A stretch of 62,873 nucleotides of DNA, filler included, from Dirinaria sp. TL-2023a (taxonomy: Eukaryota): assembly GCA_051941275.1 (NCBI GenBank). It is 5 parts of 5 records of this genome, joined end to end, with 100 filler letters (N's around TTAATTAATTAA, not from the genome) between each part and the next. Parts side by side here need not be neighbours in the genome. Positions count along the whole stretch, not along the records: positions 1 to 12,505 come from JAVEBF010000762.1; positions 12,606 to 25,107 come from JAVEBF010000763.1; 3 more parts are not named here. One strand, 5' to 3'. The notes under the pieces were generated by a model. The model was not told where the DNA came from and made no database searches. It worked only from the letters and a program-made list of their open reading frames with translations. This document shows, one piece after another, positions 1 to 13,181 of this stretch; position 1 is the first letter of the stretch; each line of letters begins with the position of its first letter. A program made the position numbers and the translations under genes.

Positions 1-433
1 GTGATAGGAGTGGGCTATCTGAATATGTAGGTAAGGTTAGTTATGTAGTTTAGAATCCGGCACTTGTATATATACATGTATATATAGTTTTTTTTTTTTT
101 TTGAATTTTCAAATTCGCAAAAAGATCTCGGCTGAAATTGTCATTTCCTGAGCGCTTGAATATTCGTGCTCCACATGGCCTCCGAATCGTGAGAGCTCAT
201 CACGATTCCTTTCGGAATTTGAACTCAGGGCTAATACAGATTACATTTAAGAAAATTTGAGGCTAGAATATTCGTGTATGTATGTGAAAGCGAAGTTTCG
301 ACGAAATATACAAGATTAAGGAATCGAAAATACATAATATAGAAGAAACGTGTCAAGCGCAACCTTCGAGCACCAACGCTGAGCACATTCAAAAGTACAT
401 CTGCTCTCCGGCTCCACAGAAACTATCCACAAC

Positions 434-2132
434 TCAAGACGTCCTCGCCAAATACTGCCTGATGCCAATCGCAGCCAACAGAACAAGGACGTACCTCGCA
501 GCGCCACCCATCAGGCTCCCCGCGCCCAACTTCAAAATGTAATTGACGACGCTGAACTTGACCTTGCCGTCGCGGTCGAAGTCCGGTTTCTGCTCGATCA
601 TGCGCTGCGTCTTGGCCAGCTTGCCCTCGTACGGCGGGTAGCGGACTTCGAGCAGCCTCTCCATCCAGCCGGGCGTCGTGGTGATGCTACGGTGGTGGGA
701 GAAGCAGTCGAAACTGGCCTTGCCTCTGTACGCGCCCTGGCCGGAATCGCCGACGCCGCCGAAGGGCATGCCCGGGATGGAGCCGTGCTGGAGCCCGTCG
801 TTGACGGAGGCGCCGCCCGAGCGCAGTTCGCGCAGCATCCGGTCGGTTTCCTTGCGGTTGCCGAAGGGGTAGATGGCGAGCGGGGTGGCTTGGACTTCGT
901 TGGCGATCTTGATCGCTTCGTCGAGGTTGTCCACTGCTACGATGGGCATCAGCGGGCCAAACGATTCTTCCATGATCATTGGGTCATGGAAGTCTTCGAT
1001 TTGGATGAGCGTGAGTTCAATGAAGCGTTGCGCCTCGTCGGTGGACCCGCCGAACAGGATTTTGCCTTTGGTGTTGTCTAGTAGTTGCTTCAAGCGTGAC
1101 CATTGGCGGTTGTTGATGATACGGCCAAAGTCGGGCGATGCCTTGATACCGTTAGGAAAGAAATCTTTGATCGAACTCTTCAGCTCGGCGATGTAGCCTG
1201 GGAGGACTTCTTTATCGATTATGGTGTAATTATGCGAGATGCAGACTTGGCCTGCGTTGAGGATTTTGGTCCATAACAGCCTTCGAGCGGCAAGCCTGAC
1301 ATCGGCATTCTTCGTGATGATAGCTGGATTCCGCCCTCCGAGCTCCAGTGTGACTGGAGTAAGCGTTTCGGCCGCTTTCTTTGCGATGATCGTCCCAACA
1401 GTGGCGCTGCCAGTGTAAAAGATTTTATCCCATTTCTGCTCCAAGAGCAAGGTCGTTTCGGGCACCCCACCTTGTACCACGGCGAACGCTTCTGGGTCTA
1501 GACTTTTCTCGATGATTTGTTTCAGTACGACCGCGACCGTTGGAGCATTTTCGCTGGGCTTTAGAACTACCGTGTTGCCAGCAGCGATAGCTCCGACAAG
1601 TGGACCCACAGTAAGGTTGACTGGAAAATTGTACGTCCTTTAAATGATTAGCACACACACACCACATCTCAGACTGAAAAAGGTTGCAGAGAGTCCCATA
1701 CCCAATGACTAGGACGCAGCCCAAAGGATCCTTCCTGATTCTCGGCTTCACAAAAGAATTGGTGAAGGGTATGTCTGCCGGTTTCTCGTCTTTGGCCCAT
1801 TTTTCAAGGTTCTTGCACATAGAGACGATATCGTTCGTGACCCAACTGATCTCGGTCAACATGGCTTCGAAGATGCCTTTGCCCAAGTCCACCTTGTTCG
1901 CTTCGAGGAGCTCTGCTTCATGGTCTTTGATACTATCATAGCGCGCAACAGGTTAGACTCCCACGGGCCGTAGCATGGGACTTGCTTACGCCCAATAGAG
2001 CTTGCGTAGTTGCAGAAGACGGAATTCGAGAGGTTTAGTTTTCTGAGTGTGGAAGGTGTTGCGAACCCGATGCACGATAGGAACAATGTCGTCTACGGCA
2101 GTGTACTCAAGTTTGGGGATGGTTGGGGCCAT
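434..2132 (-). CDS. HFD1: Fatty/aromatic aldehyde dehydrogenase (ALDH3 family, HFD1/CarD-like), at least 3 exons
   Basis: Start MAPTIPKLEY at 2132; GT-AG introns near 1989-1937 and 1700-1639; ALDH motifs LKPSE, FYTGS, TLELGGRNP, NAGQVC, EESFGP, PFGGVGDSG; hydrophobic C-terminal anchor. Orthology HFD1 vs CarD is not resolvable by eye. Confidence 0.9.
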
Positions 2133-2727
2133 TTTGAATGTTTGGCCTTTGGAGAGAAGAATTTTGTATTTGTGGAAGATATACGCTCATACAGTACGGG
2201 AAAGACGCATGTTAATCCCAACATGCGCATCTTTAAGAGATCAGGAGAGATGCACTATGATAACACACCTCGGCTTGCCAGAGACAGTAGTTCGAACCCC
2301 TCAAACCAACACGTTGGGCTAACTAACGCACCGCTTTCCATTAGCGTCCGAAATGACATGCAGCCACCTTCGAACGGCTCATGGAGGTGTGCGCGAATTC
2401 AAATACTGCCCTATCGAAATGTGCAACCCAAGGTTGACTTTCCTTATGATAGATGCATTTCTTTGTGGGATATACAACAAGGCTAGCACTTCGAGCAAAA
2501 CGCCTAAAGTAGTCATGTGGCTAAGATTCAAGGCAATACGTGCCTCAGCTACCACATCTTTCGAAACCGCCTTCACAATGTTACATCTTTCTGAAAGCAT
2601 GCAGTTGACTAGCTGGCGAGCGACAGTGTGCTCCTACCCATACGTTTATCAGCAATGCCTCAAGGACGCCTTTATGCTCGTTAGCCCTGTACAATGCCTG
2701 CTACAGATTCCCTTCGTGACGACTACA

Positions 2728-5700
2728 TCATTTTTTCTTTCCCTTCTTTTTGCTTTTGCTTGATGCGTTCGATGCCACACTGGCGGCTCTAGATGTCTGC
2801 ACAGATGTAGACTTGCTCCCATTCTTGACCGCGTCTAATTTTTTATTCTGGCGCACTGTGTCAATACACACGCTGGGAGCATAACGCGGTGCGAACGTAC
2901 CTTGACCCCGTTCTTAGCTTTCTTCTTAGCAGGCGCCACATCCTCCTCCGCCTCTTCATCCTCCTCATCTCTCGGCCGGATCTTGTTGACTCCATTGGCC
3001 ATCTTCGAGTCGCCAGCCTCAAATTCTCGCGCTACTGTTGTCAAGAGGGTCGCACATCGGCGGCCGATCTCGACAGGGGTCCGGCTCAGGAAAAACCAAT
3101 CGAAGCGAAACAAGGGGCTTTCGCGGATCTCATCACGGATCCGCTCGTAGATGCCTTCTCCGTCGATACCATAACGGTCCAGCATAACAAGCAGGAATCG
3201 GTCTTCCTCCTCGGTGTAAACCTTCTTGTTCGTAGTTGACACAGAGTAATTCAGTTTCAGTTGCTGCAATGGTACACGGTACATTTCCATCTTGCGCTGC
3301 AACATTCGTCGTTGATGATTGAGTTTACGCGCCTTCTCCTCGCCAGCTTCGATGGTACCAATGTACTTGGGGAAATCTTGAATCTCTTGGTATTTCACCC
3401 AGAAGGTCTTCGCGTACTCACGAATCTCACGCTCATTCTTGCCATCGACTTCTTCAGCTATTCCACTGTAATTGTGACGACCATACTTCGCGGACCCATT
3501 GATGAACTGTTGAAAGTCTCGTCGATTCCAGTACACGAAGCCTTGCTCCGACATCTTCGCCTTCTGCTCTTGCTCTTCTTCAGTCAATGGCGTTGCGTCG
3601 TCGATTTCCCGCTGTTCAAGCGCACGCTCAGACTCTTTCTCATCCTCGTCCATATCTTCGCGGTCAGGTAGCGGAGCCTTATAATTGATCTCCTTACGAA
3701 ACCACGCGGTTTCTCGCTCCTGCAAATCACGAAGCTGGGGCGGGAAGAACTGGTAGTCATGGATCTGAATCTGTTTGGGGGCACGGGGCGCTTTAGGCTT
3801 TGTATCTGCCGTTCGTCCACCAGTAGAGAGGGCTTGCCTATAGTATTTGTCCATTGAATAAGACTGCTCTTTGCGTTCTCGCTTTGATGGGTTAATCCAA
3901 TTGACCCCGATATCCTTTTTGGCGTTCTTGGTGAAGTCCTCACCATTCCACTCATAGGCATTTTCCGAGGAGAACTTCTGCAGGTCGTCGATACCAAGCT
4001 TCTCATATCGGGCGTTTAACGCCGCTGTTCTCTCCTCCCCGTGTTTGAGGATATCGTCGATATCGTCGTCGGAGAGGTTCGACTTACTTGCAAGCATTCC
4101 TGTAGGGCCCTTTGTATCAAATACTTGCTCCGCCCCATGCTGGATCATGTTAAGCAATTCATCCTTTGATGCAGCTGCCTTAGCAGACTGCTGGGCTCGT
4201 CCTTGCTGTATGACTAATTGATCTAGACGGAGCTTCTGCGCAGCTCGCTCAAGTACCTTTTCCTCGATTGCTTGTTCGGTGACAAATCGAAACACAACAA
4301 CTTGCTTTGTCTGCCCTATTCTATGAGCGCGGTCCATCGCCTGCAGATCGGCCTGTGGATTCCAGTCGCTATCGAAAAGGATGACAATGTCGGCGCTAGT
4401 CAGATTAATACCAAGACCGCCTGCACGGGTTGTCAAAAGGAATAGGAACTTCTCGGAGCCAGGTTTATTATACTCGTCGATTGCAGCAATGCGATCCTCA
4501 TGAGCCGTGGACCCATCGATCCTGCAGTATTTATGTTCACGGAACACGGAGTAGTCTTCTAAGATATCGAGTACACGGCTCATTTGGGAGAAAATGAGGA
4601 CTCTGCTCCCTTGTTTTTTCATTCTAACAAGAATCTTGTCAAGCATAAGCATCTTCCCGGCATTGTAGATCAAATGCTCATCAGTTGTGTAGGGAGGCCC
4701 AGGTTCAGCGCCTTCGAAAAGGTAGGGATGGTTGCAGCATTTCCGGAGTTGCATGACAATGTTCAGGAGCCTGGTCTTCGATTCACGCTTACCGCCAGCT
4801 CCGTTGACCGCATCGATGTCTTTCTCGAGAATTTTCTTATACCACTTGACCTGCATATCGGACATGCCAATGTAAAGATTGACTTCTTTCTTGGGAAGTA
4901 AACTCTTCTCCACATCACTCTTCACTCGCCGTAGAAGAAACGGTCGTAGTACGCGGTGTAGCTGCTGAACGACCGTATCTTGGTCGGCGTCTTGGTTCGA
5001 GAACCATTGATCGAAAGCTTCCGAGTCGCCAAAGACATCGGGCAGTAGGAAGTTTAGCAAAGCCCAAAGTTCATGCAGATTATTCTGTAGAGGTGTTCCG
5101 GTTATGAGCAGCCGATTTCTTGACGAGAAGAGACGGATTATCTGCGCGAGTGAGGATTCTTCATTCTTAATACGGTGGGCCTCGTCGATGATGATATACT
5201 CCCAGGCGAATTTTTTGAGGTGGGTCTTTTCACGAAGGATCATCTCGTAGCTGGTGATGCAGACATCAAAGTTCTCGTCGACCAGTCTATCTTGGATCAG
5301 ATCCTTCCTCTCGTCCTTGGCGCCCTGCAACACCAAGACATCGACCTCTGGAGTCCACATGGAGAATTCGCGCTTCCAGTTGTCAAGTGTAGACTTGGGA
5401 ACAACGATGAGATGAGGACCTTTTGTATCGCAGATGTGTCGAAGGTAGCCTAGAAACGCTATTGTTTGCAAAGTTTTGCCTAAACCCATCTCGTCCGCCA
5501 ATATGCCCGAAATGCCGTTCTCGTGCAAGGATACGAGCCAGTTGAGACCTGCTACTTGATAGTCACGCATTTCGCCATTTTTGACAAAGCCGGGCGACTC
5601 GCGAAAAATGGTATCTGCGTTCCCACCGCGCTTCTCGTCCTTCAAAAGTTCAGCATCCTCTTCCTGCTCAGTGCGTCTTCTCCTTTGCCCAGGGGCACCA

Positions 5701-6375
5701 CCAGCTCTTGCGTGGCCTTTCTTGGCTTTCTGCGTCTCTTCCTCATTTTGCCGATCAATTTGTGCCATGATTTCTTTGATGCGTGGATTTGGATTAGCGT
5801 CAATGAAGTGCCGGAAGAGATCCGTGAGACCCAGCAGATATCGGAATCGTCGTATCGAATCATCTTCCTGTCAGGGGCATTATGTTAGCAAAGTTCAAGG
5901 TGCAGAACCTGCCTATGGGCATATGTACCTTCGACTCATCTAGCCGGTGATGTTTCTTACCAAAGACGCTTTTGCGCAATTGCGTTGCTTCTGATCTCCG
6001 CTTCCGACCGTCAGCCGGCGTAGCATCTCCAGCAATACTGCTTGCAGTGGTATTTAGATTCGTGTCCGAGTCCTTGGAATATGGTTAGTACGTCTGAAAC
6101 TAAGACGATGGTATGCCATGATGTTACTGACAGAATAGTCTGGAGTGTCTTGGTTCTCCTAGAGGCAGATTGTCAGCCATGGGTACCTTGATTCACGATC
6201 GCGTAGCGGCAGGGTAGACATTATGAAATTGAAGAGGTCGGCTTTCTGAGGAACCTACCGCGACGCTGTCATCTTCATTTGGCCCGTTTCCAATACTATT
6301 TGCATCTGCCATAGATTTATCGGAGGGAGAGGACGCGCCATTGGCATTGGTGGGATAGGCTTTGGAGGGAGCCAT
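2728..6375 (-). CDS. ISW2: ISWI-family chromatin-remodelling ATPase (SNF2 helicase + HAND-SANT-SLIDE)
   Basis: [41 protein letters not shown] motif [11 protein letters not shown]; several short 5' exons from MAPSKAY (6375); last exon after an intron at about 2900-2848 ends [14 protein letters not shown] at 2728. Confidence 0.95.
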
Positions 6376-7264
6376 CTTCCCGGACTCTCAAGGAGCTGTT
6401 CCCCGTCTAGGGATCACGCGCCGGTTGATATTACTTTCAGATGGGAGTGTATGAAAAGCACCAGCTCAAGTTAGATAGGCACTCTGTAACGCGTAAATGC
6501 TCTGATACTTGGGAAAGGGTGTGGTGGCAACAATGATCAGAAGGAGAGATGGGGAGTTGAGTTGGAGGAAACTCGCGTAGCTACATTTCTAAGGCACTTT
6601 ATGGCGCTAATCGGACTAGGCGACAAAACCAGTGAAGTGAGTTGTGCTTTGAGACTCTGGGTGAATTTGTGTTGGTGAAGGCAACGGACTGCATTCGCAT
6701 TACAGAGATCTATACATAGTCTGGCACAAAAACCTCCTCCTGCCTCAACCCCATTTTTTGCACCTGTATTCTGTGGTTTCCGCATACATTATGTAAAGCA
6801 TTGAGGCAAAGTAGGTACGATATTCGAAGTTTCCCATACACATACGGCGTACCTAAGTAGACTAGGCTCTTGGCCCTGGAAAACAAACAGTCCAAACAGA
6901 TGATCAATCGCTTAACCGCCAAGTCTCGGTCGATGAAGCGAGATGACATGGAGTGTGGGGGATGGCGCCTGAATGGCTCGTTGTTTTGTGTGCCAGGCTG
7001 GCCAGGGTAGGAGTGTGGTAGGTAAGCAGCCTTGGTCATTCATTCCGACTATCACCATCCCAGTCCGTCTTTGTGGGATCACAACCATCTGTCACTCGTT
7101 CACCTGAGCAAAAACCTCTTCAACATACTCTGACATCACTCACCCTATGGTGCAGCGGGTCTCTTTGTTTCTAATTTAGTCAGTCTTCTGTTCGTTTCAA
7201 CCGCTCTGCTCTACATCATCGTTATTGGAGTGCCGACCGTGCGAATACCAAGTTTATCGCTCCC

Positions 7265-8101
7265 ATGGACTCCATGCGAAGCTTGAACAAGTCACTACCT
7301 CGATCTCCTTCAAAGCAACGACGAGGGCAACCTCCAGAGCAGCTTCTTCAAGCTTTCAAAGCAGCAGCACTCTCTGTTACAACCCTTTACAAGACTGCCG
7401 CGTCGGATCAAGCTGGTGCACGTGCCGCTGGCTATCAAGATGCACTCGATGATATCCTTGCATTCCTCGATAAAGAGCATCTAGGCTTGGGAGATGGGGA
7501 GGGGTGGAAAGTCCGTCAGTGGGCTACGGAAAGGCTGGACGGATCTCCCGTGTCAACAGGAAATGAAAGCGACGAGGATCGGGATTCAAGCAACCAAGCA
7601 AGGGGTAGCTCGCCACTGTTACAGAGAGGGGAGGTCCCGTATGGCAGGCAGGCCTCGAGACCACCATCGCCAGTTCGGACAGTTTCAACAGCATCACAAA
7701 CATCGGCTCCAGTTCAGCAACCCAACGCCAGTGCCGCACCGAGGCCTGAGGTATTCACTTTCACGTCGCCGCAGCCTTATCCACAAGACATGGACGTGCA
7801 GCCGTCAGACCCTGCTCTAAGAAATGCCTCCCAGCTCGACAGTCACCCACCGAACCCAAGCAACAGCACAACGTCGACGGTACGCCTTGAGGTGGTTCCT
7901 CCTAGAGGATCCAGGACGCCGCTCAGAAATAGCAATCACCCAGGCAGACACAACGCCAGAAACTCTAATGCTATACGATCCCTAGGTTCCGGTGCCGGCT
8001 CGAAGAGGAGGGTACAATTTGCTGACTACTTTGACCTTGGAAACCTTGGAGACGGAAGGGACACCCATGGTGGAGGCGGGAAAAGAGGAAGATATTGTTG
8101 A
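7265..8101 (+). CDS. Conserved fungal protein, YJR056C/HAPSTR1-like N-terminal helical domain with disordered tail
   Basis: 278-aa ORF; MDSMRSLNKSLP...LLQAFKAAALSVTTLYK...GYQDALDDIL resembles my recollection of yeast Yjr056c; basic C-terminus (KRR, KRGR) suggests an NLS. Confidence 0.8.
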   Translation: MDSMRSLNKSLPRSPSKQRRGQPPEQLLQAFKAAALSVTTLYKTAASDQAGARAAGYQDALDDILAFLDKEHLGLGDGEGWKVRQWATERLDGSPVSTGNESDEDRDSSNQARGSSPLLQRGEVPYGRQASRPPSPVRTVSTASQTSAPVQQPNASAAPRPEVFTFTSPQPYPQDMDVQPSDPALRNASQLDSHPPNPSNSTTSTVRLEVVPPRGSRTPLRNSNHPGRHNARNSNAIRSLGSGAGSKRRVQFADYFDLGNLGDGRDTHGGGGKRGRYC

Positions 8102-9176
8102 TCATTGTTTCGGATTTCTGCATCATCGGTCGGTTCATAGAGCATGCAAGCGGTCTGAAGGTGCATACAGAGCGGCATAGCGTGGGGGCTTGGCTTTACG
8201 GATCTCGTCCTTCGGCATTGACGGCCGCATGGTTAATTTGCTAGTGGTGTTACTTAGAAAATCGATCTGTCTTCCGCATTTCTTCACTTACCCTCCCTGA
8301 GCCTTACTTCTGGCCCACAACATTGACAGCGTGCAAGGTTGGTTTAATCCTGCCAGGCTGCTCTTCAGCCCCTATGAGCTTGCAACGTGACCGTGTCCCT
8401 GCCGCCCCTCACGGTGCTGATCAGGATTTCTCGTCTACAAGCCATATAGGTACCAACAAGCCTCGAATGGACCGTCTAGCGTTGCTGGCTTTGGCCCTCT
8501 GGTAGACCCACTGAGTTTCAGTGCTTTCGTTTAGGCCCTGGTACTCTGAGAATTCAATTGACCAAGCGCCATAGGCCCATGCCAACCAGCGAGCCCGCAA
8601 TACCGACTAATCCCATTTGCCTTGACCTCATCCCAAACCTACTGCCACTTCGGATGATTGCAGTCTCCTGTTTGCGTAGCTGATGCTGTCCGGAAAAGTA
8701 GCTGTAGCCCCCAAGTCCAACAAGCGCCGCCGAACCTAGAACAGGAAAAGGCAGTCGAGTAAGTCATCTCTTCACGGATGACATTGAGAATATCGCAAAA
8801 GGATCGCAGATGTGCAAAGCTCACCTGTGAGTCTACAAGACAGACAATCTTCAGGCTTGTCCGCTTTGAGAGCTTCAGATAGCTTCTGTGGACGTTGGAG
8901 ACTGGTGAGCTGGGGGTCCTGAGGCATAGTGTCGCGGGATCACGGAAAGCATCCAGGGTTCTCGACAACACTACTACCAAGGTACCGTACGGAGTACTGC
9001 AATCCTCATTTGGCTTGGGCTAAGGTAGGTACCTCACTGTAAATTTGGTGAGGTAGAGAGTAGTCCGATTGGTCGTTACGGGCCGAGTCCCGAGAGCTTC
9101 TCCAGAGCGCAACCATCCTGCCCCTCGGCCGTCCTTCAACAATCGCACTTACATTACCAGTAAACATGATCATATC

Positions 9177-10964
9177 ATGATGAGCAGCGCCATAGAGGCG
9201 CTGTATATTTTCGACCACGAGAAGTACGATCGTTCGCATAGGTTACGAACGAGGAAAGCTGACGGCCAGTCTGCAGTGATTGCATCCTCGAGCATGTATA
9301 CCGCTCAAGACCAGCTCCTCCCAGGGTTGTCTTCCCCCTCTATCTCGCCCATCCCGTGCCACGACCCTCCTTGATCTATTTAAACAACATTAATCCACCC
9401 ACCCTTCTCTTCTCGCTGGAGCATTCTAACCTTCTTTTCTTGTGCCCTGTGTCAGAAGACACTGAGCCCCTGTTCGTTCTCGAATTCCTGCATAGGGTTA
9501 CCGATGTCTTCGAGGAATTTATCGGATCACCTCTCCTGGCGAGTAAGATTGAAGGCTCGTACGATCTCGTTGCGCAACTGCTCGGTGAGATGTGTGATGC
9601 CGGTAGCGTCTGCAACACGGAACCGAACGCACTCAGGGACGACGTTGAAGTCACAGGATGGATGGGTAAGCTGCTGGGAGGTGTAGGGCTACCTGGGTTC
9701 GTTGGCCTACTTTTTCAATGCAAATGGCATGATTTGACTGGTGGTTTGCAGGTCTTCGCCGGCATTGCTGCCTTCCGGAGGTTTGAAGCAACAATTGAAT
9801 ATTAATCCATCCAACAGTAGTTCAGCAACCAATGGCCCAGCAATCCCCTGGCGCCGAGCAAACGTTCGGCATACTAGTAATGAGCTATATGTCGATATAG
9901 TGGAGACCCTTTCTGTCAACTTGGCACCTTCGGGACGCCCTTTGTCAGCTTTCGCAAACGGTTCGATAGCCTTTACTTCAAAGATATCTGGTGTGCCCGA
10001 TCTGCTTCTTACGCTTTCCGCCTCGGGTGGCAAGCTGGGTCTTGAACGAGCCATAGAGTTGCCCGTGTTTCATCCCTGCGTGAGGCTTGCTAGGTGGAAA
10101 GACCGACCGGGAGAGCTTAGTTTTGTGCCACCAGATGGAAAATTCATCCTAGCGGGCTACGAAGTCGATCTACTACCTTCCCACTCGGACGTAAGGTCCT
10201 GGGCCAACTCGAACGTACAACTTCCTATCTCGCTCGAAGTCTCGAAGTCTCTCGGCCCTACAGGTGCCGATTTCGAAATCAATCTTCTACTTTCTCCTCC
10301 CGCTTCCATCAGCACAAACTCATCCTCATCCGTACGTCCAGGACTTGGTTCTGCGCGTGGGTCTGGCCGATCCACCCCTGTCTTTGGCTCCAGTGCCGCC
10401 AGCTCATCATCTCCGCTGCTTCAAGATGTGGTTGTCACAGTTCCCATCCCGAAGGGTAGTCGCAACATTACAGACCTACGTGCCAGCCGTGGGGAAGCCT
10501 ACTTTACGCCCATGGACAATGTTGTCGAATGGCGTCTCCCGGCAAAAGACACTGCCGTTGCCGGAAGCGCCACACTTCGCTGTACGATCGTGGGCCCCGT
10601 GGACGAAGAAGATGAGGAAGAAGCTATGAATGGCTTCCGCACAGATACCACCAACCGCGAATATAATGAATTTGAGACGTATCAGGGCTCGTCATCGGAG
10701 CCTGCTAAGCCAGCATCGTCTGGGAATGGTCAAAGGCAACAGCAAGAGCAACGAGACATAAGGAAAGTAGAGCAAAATAGGTATTTCATGCCGAAGTCCG
10801 CTTCTGTTAGCTTTAGCGTCAAAGGGTGGCTGGCTAGCGGTATTCGCGTTGATGGATTGGTGGTTGATACTCGGAAAAGCCGGGGTCTCGGTGAAGGCGT
10901 GAGGCCCTACAAAGGTGTCAAATACTTAACTGTCTCACGAAAAGGGGTCGAGACAAGGTGCTAA
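9177..10964 (+). CDS. APM3: AP-3 adaptor complex mu subunit
   Basis: IEALYIFD start, FVLEFLHRVTDVFEEFIG, IPWRRANVRHTSNELYVDIVE, FHPCVRL, LSFVPPDGKF, KGVKYLT; introns at about 9224-9277 and 9697-9751. Confidence 0.92.
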
Positions 10965-11509
10965 ACTTCCTTAAGAGTGATAGACATATGAGGAAAGAAG
11001 GGACAATCCAAGACAGGAAAGCGGAGCTAACAGAAAATGATATAAGGCCCAAAACGACTCTTCGACGAACTCTTTTCTGGAGTCTTGACGTTTATACTTC
11101 AATTGCTCGTTTTTCCATCTACAGTACAGGAAAAAAATACTTTGTGGGCTTCTGCAAATAGGCTATATCTAACCTCGGCTTTTCAATCCCTGGGAAATAC
11201 TAATACGAAGCTGCAAGCCGTACGTAATGAGTAATCGATACATATAATACAAAGGCACCTCGGAAGGAGATTGAAGGCCCCGGTGGCGCAGGTCAAGATA
11301 CAAACGTCCAAGGCGAAGGTCAGAACTATTTTTACGATCTTTACATGTTTCCGAGCATTCCTTAGCCGGAGATATTCAATTTACCCGTCTTATAAGAAGG
11401 TGGAGGCTCATGTCTGTCCCACAGCCAAGAGTCCACGGTTCTAACTCTATACAGTCGCAAATACAGTGTGTTTTTTCAATTGGCTGAAGGCTCGATACCT
11501 GTCTCTGAA

Positions 11510-12505
11510 CTAGGTTGAAACCGTATGCTTTCCACGGCGTAAAACCCATGAACATGAATTGGAAAATATTCTGCACTTCACACTGAGTTGTTCCAGCCAT
11601 CCGGGCGATTGCGGCGTCGCGAGCGACAAGACGATTGCAATCACGAGCCCACCCAATGTCTTGATCTTTGCAGTGAGCGAATTTTTAAAGCAAGCACCAC
11701 CGACCCGAGCGGCCAAGAAGTATGACCTTTGCCAGAGCGCTACGACTCTTGCCCGCTTACGCCGGAAAGACTTTGCATGAGCGCGGAAGATGGCTGGAAA
11801 TGACAAAGCTGCACCGCAAATAATACCGATGTTGATCTCAAGGACGCTACTTGGATTCAGCGTCAGAGCCTAGGAACCTTCGATAGGACTGCAAACCTCA
11901 GGGTCGCGGCCGAGCCCATGACCCAGAATACATCTAGGCTATTAGCGTTACGAGAGCACACCACAAGGCGACCGAAGCTCACGCCGCATGCGCTAGCGGA
12001 TAGAATGTTAACAGACGGCAAGATATGGATCATGAGCGCTCACATAAAGCCTGTTGAAAATAAGGCGATAATAGCCAGCCTTTTAGAGACAGAAATTTGA
12101 AGTTTAATGACCAAAGTGATAGGTAAAGCGATGACCAGCAAATCCATAGCCACGCTAAGAGCACTTTGAGCGATGACCACATTTGAGATGGTGTTGCAGA
12201 GGTGACCCTGCAGTGATTTAATAGACACGCAAAGAGAGTGCGCTGAGCAAGCCGCGGCAAAGTCAATCAAGAAAAAGAGAGTCTGAGACACCAGAACGAA
12301 CATGACCAAATATCTGTACCTTCGCGAGGGGCCAAAGACTCGAAAGTGTAAAAGGACTAGCGATAATCGCACAAAAAATGCGGTGGGCCCGTAGACCAAA
12401 TTTAGGGCGTCCAGATCCTAGCAGTCGTTAAAGATGTCTTCTTTCGCGAAGCAAGGTTGAGCTGAGGGCTCACATGTGCAGCTTTCGGGGTAAAGTTATC
12501 GGCGC
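11510..12505 (-). CDS. PTH11-like / fungal rhodopsin-domain integral membrane protein, 5'-truncated at contig end
   Basis: YGPTAFFVRLSLVLLHFRVF, SVAMDLLVIALPITLVIKLQISVSKRLAIIALFSTGF and EINIGIICG...FPAIF are characteristic TM motifs of this family; several short introns. Confidence 0.8.
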
Positions 12506-12605
12506 NNNNNNNNNNNNNNNNNNNNNNNNNNNNNNNNNNNNNNNNNNNNTTAATTAATTAANNNNNNNNNNNNNNNNNNNNNNNNNNNNNNNNNNNNNNN
12601 NNNNN
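12506..12605. other. Artificial contig linker (N44-TTAATTAATTAA-N44)
   Basis: 100 bp, palindromic 12-mer with stops in all six frames flanked by N runs. Confidence 0.99.
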
Positions 12606-13144
12606 ATATCTTACTCTATCTTATCATCCCCCGTCCATCCCTAACTGGGCATTCGTACAGGACGATCATACCAGGGCCCCTTAGCCCCGGCACGTGGACA
12701 ATCCATAGCATTGGCTGGACCGTATTCAGATACGACCCGAGCGAAAAAGTTAGTGCACTCGGTCGCCACGGGTTACTATTTCTCGCTTAGGGGATGAATC
12801 CATGTTGCAGGCCACTCGGAGTGTTTCTCTCTAATCAGTGCGTTGTGCGAGGGTTTACCTTACATACCCTTACGCACCCTACCTTAGCCGGCTGGGCAGA
12901 TGCTGCTTTTAGCAGAGGACGTCGCTTACGTGAACCAATCCCACATCCACCACGTTTCCTCTGCTGCTACATCACCCTGGGAAACTAGACTCAGGCGGGC
13001 AGCATCTAGGCCTAATCGTGTTTTACAGTTTGGTGGCATCCGCGGATCTCTCCACGAATCTTCAACTCCTGCATAGGTGCCTTAAGACATATGGCATCCA
13101 AGCACCTGCCCGGCGACTAGCTGTGACAGTCGAAAACCAGTACC

Positions 13145-13181
13145 AAAACCCAGCAAAACCCAGCAAAACCCATCAAAATCC
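13145..13181 (+). repeat. Short 10-bp tandem repeat (AAAACCCAGC)
   Basis: aaaacccagc aaaacccagc aaaacccatc aaaatcc. Confidence 0.7.

Noticed and set aside
184..208. 9-bp perfect inverted repeat GAATCGTGA/TCACGATTC
   Set aside because: Single short hairpin near a contig end; expected by chance at this window size, no supporting context.
678..1196. Plus-strand ORFs antisense to ALDH (and similar shadow ORFs over ISWI, P450, FBP26, PHO91, ADE5,7)
   Set aside because: Antisense or alternative-frame shadows of GC-rich coding sequence with no recognisable motifs.
12550..12561. TTAATTAATTAA palindromes as biological sites
   Set aside because: Identical, embedded in N runs at each junction; standard artificial linker.
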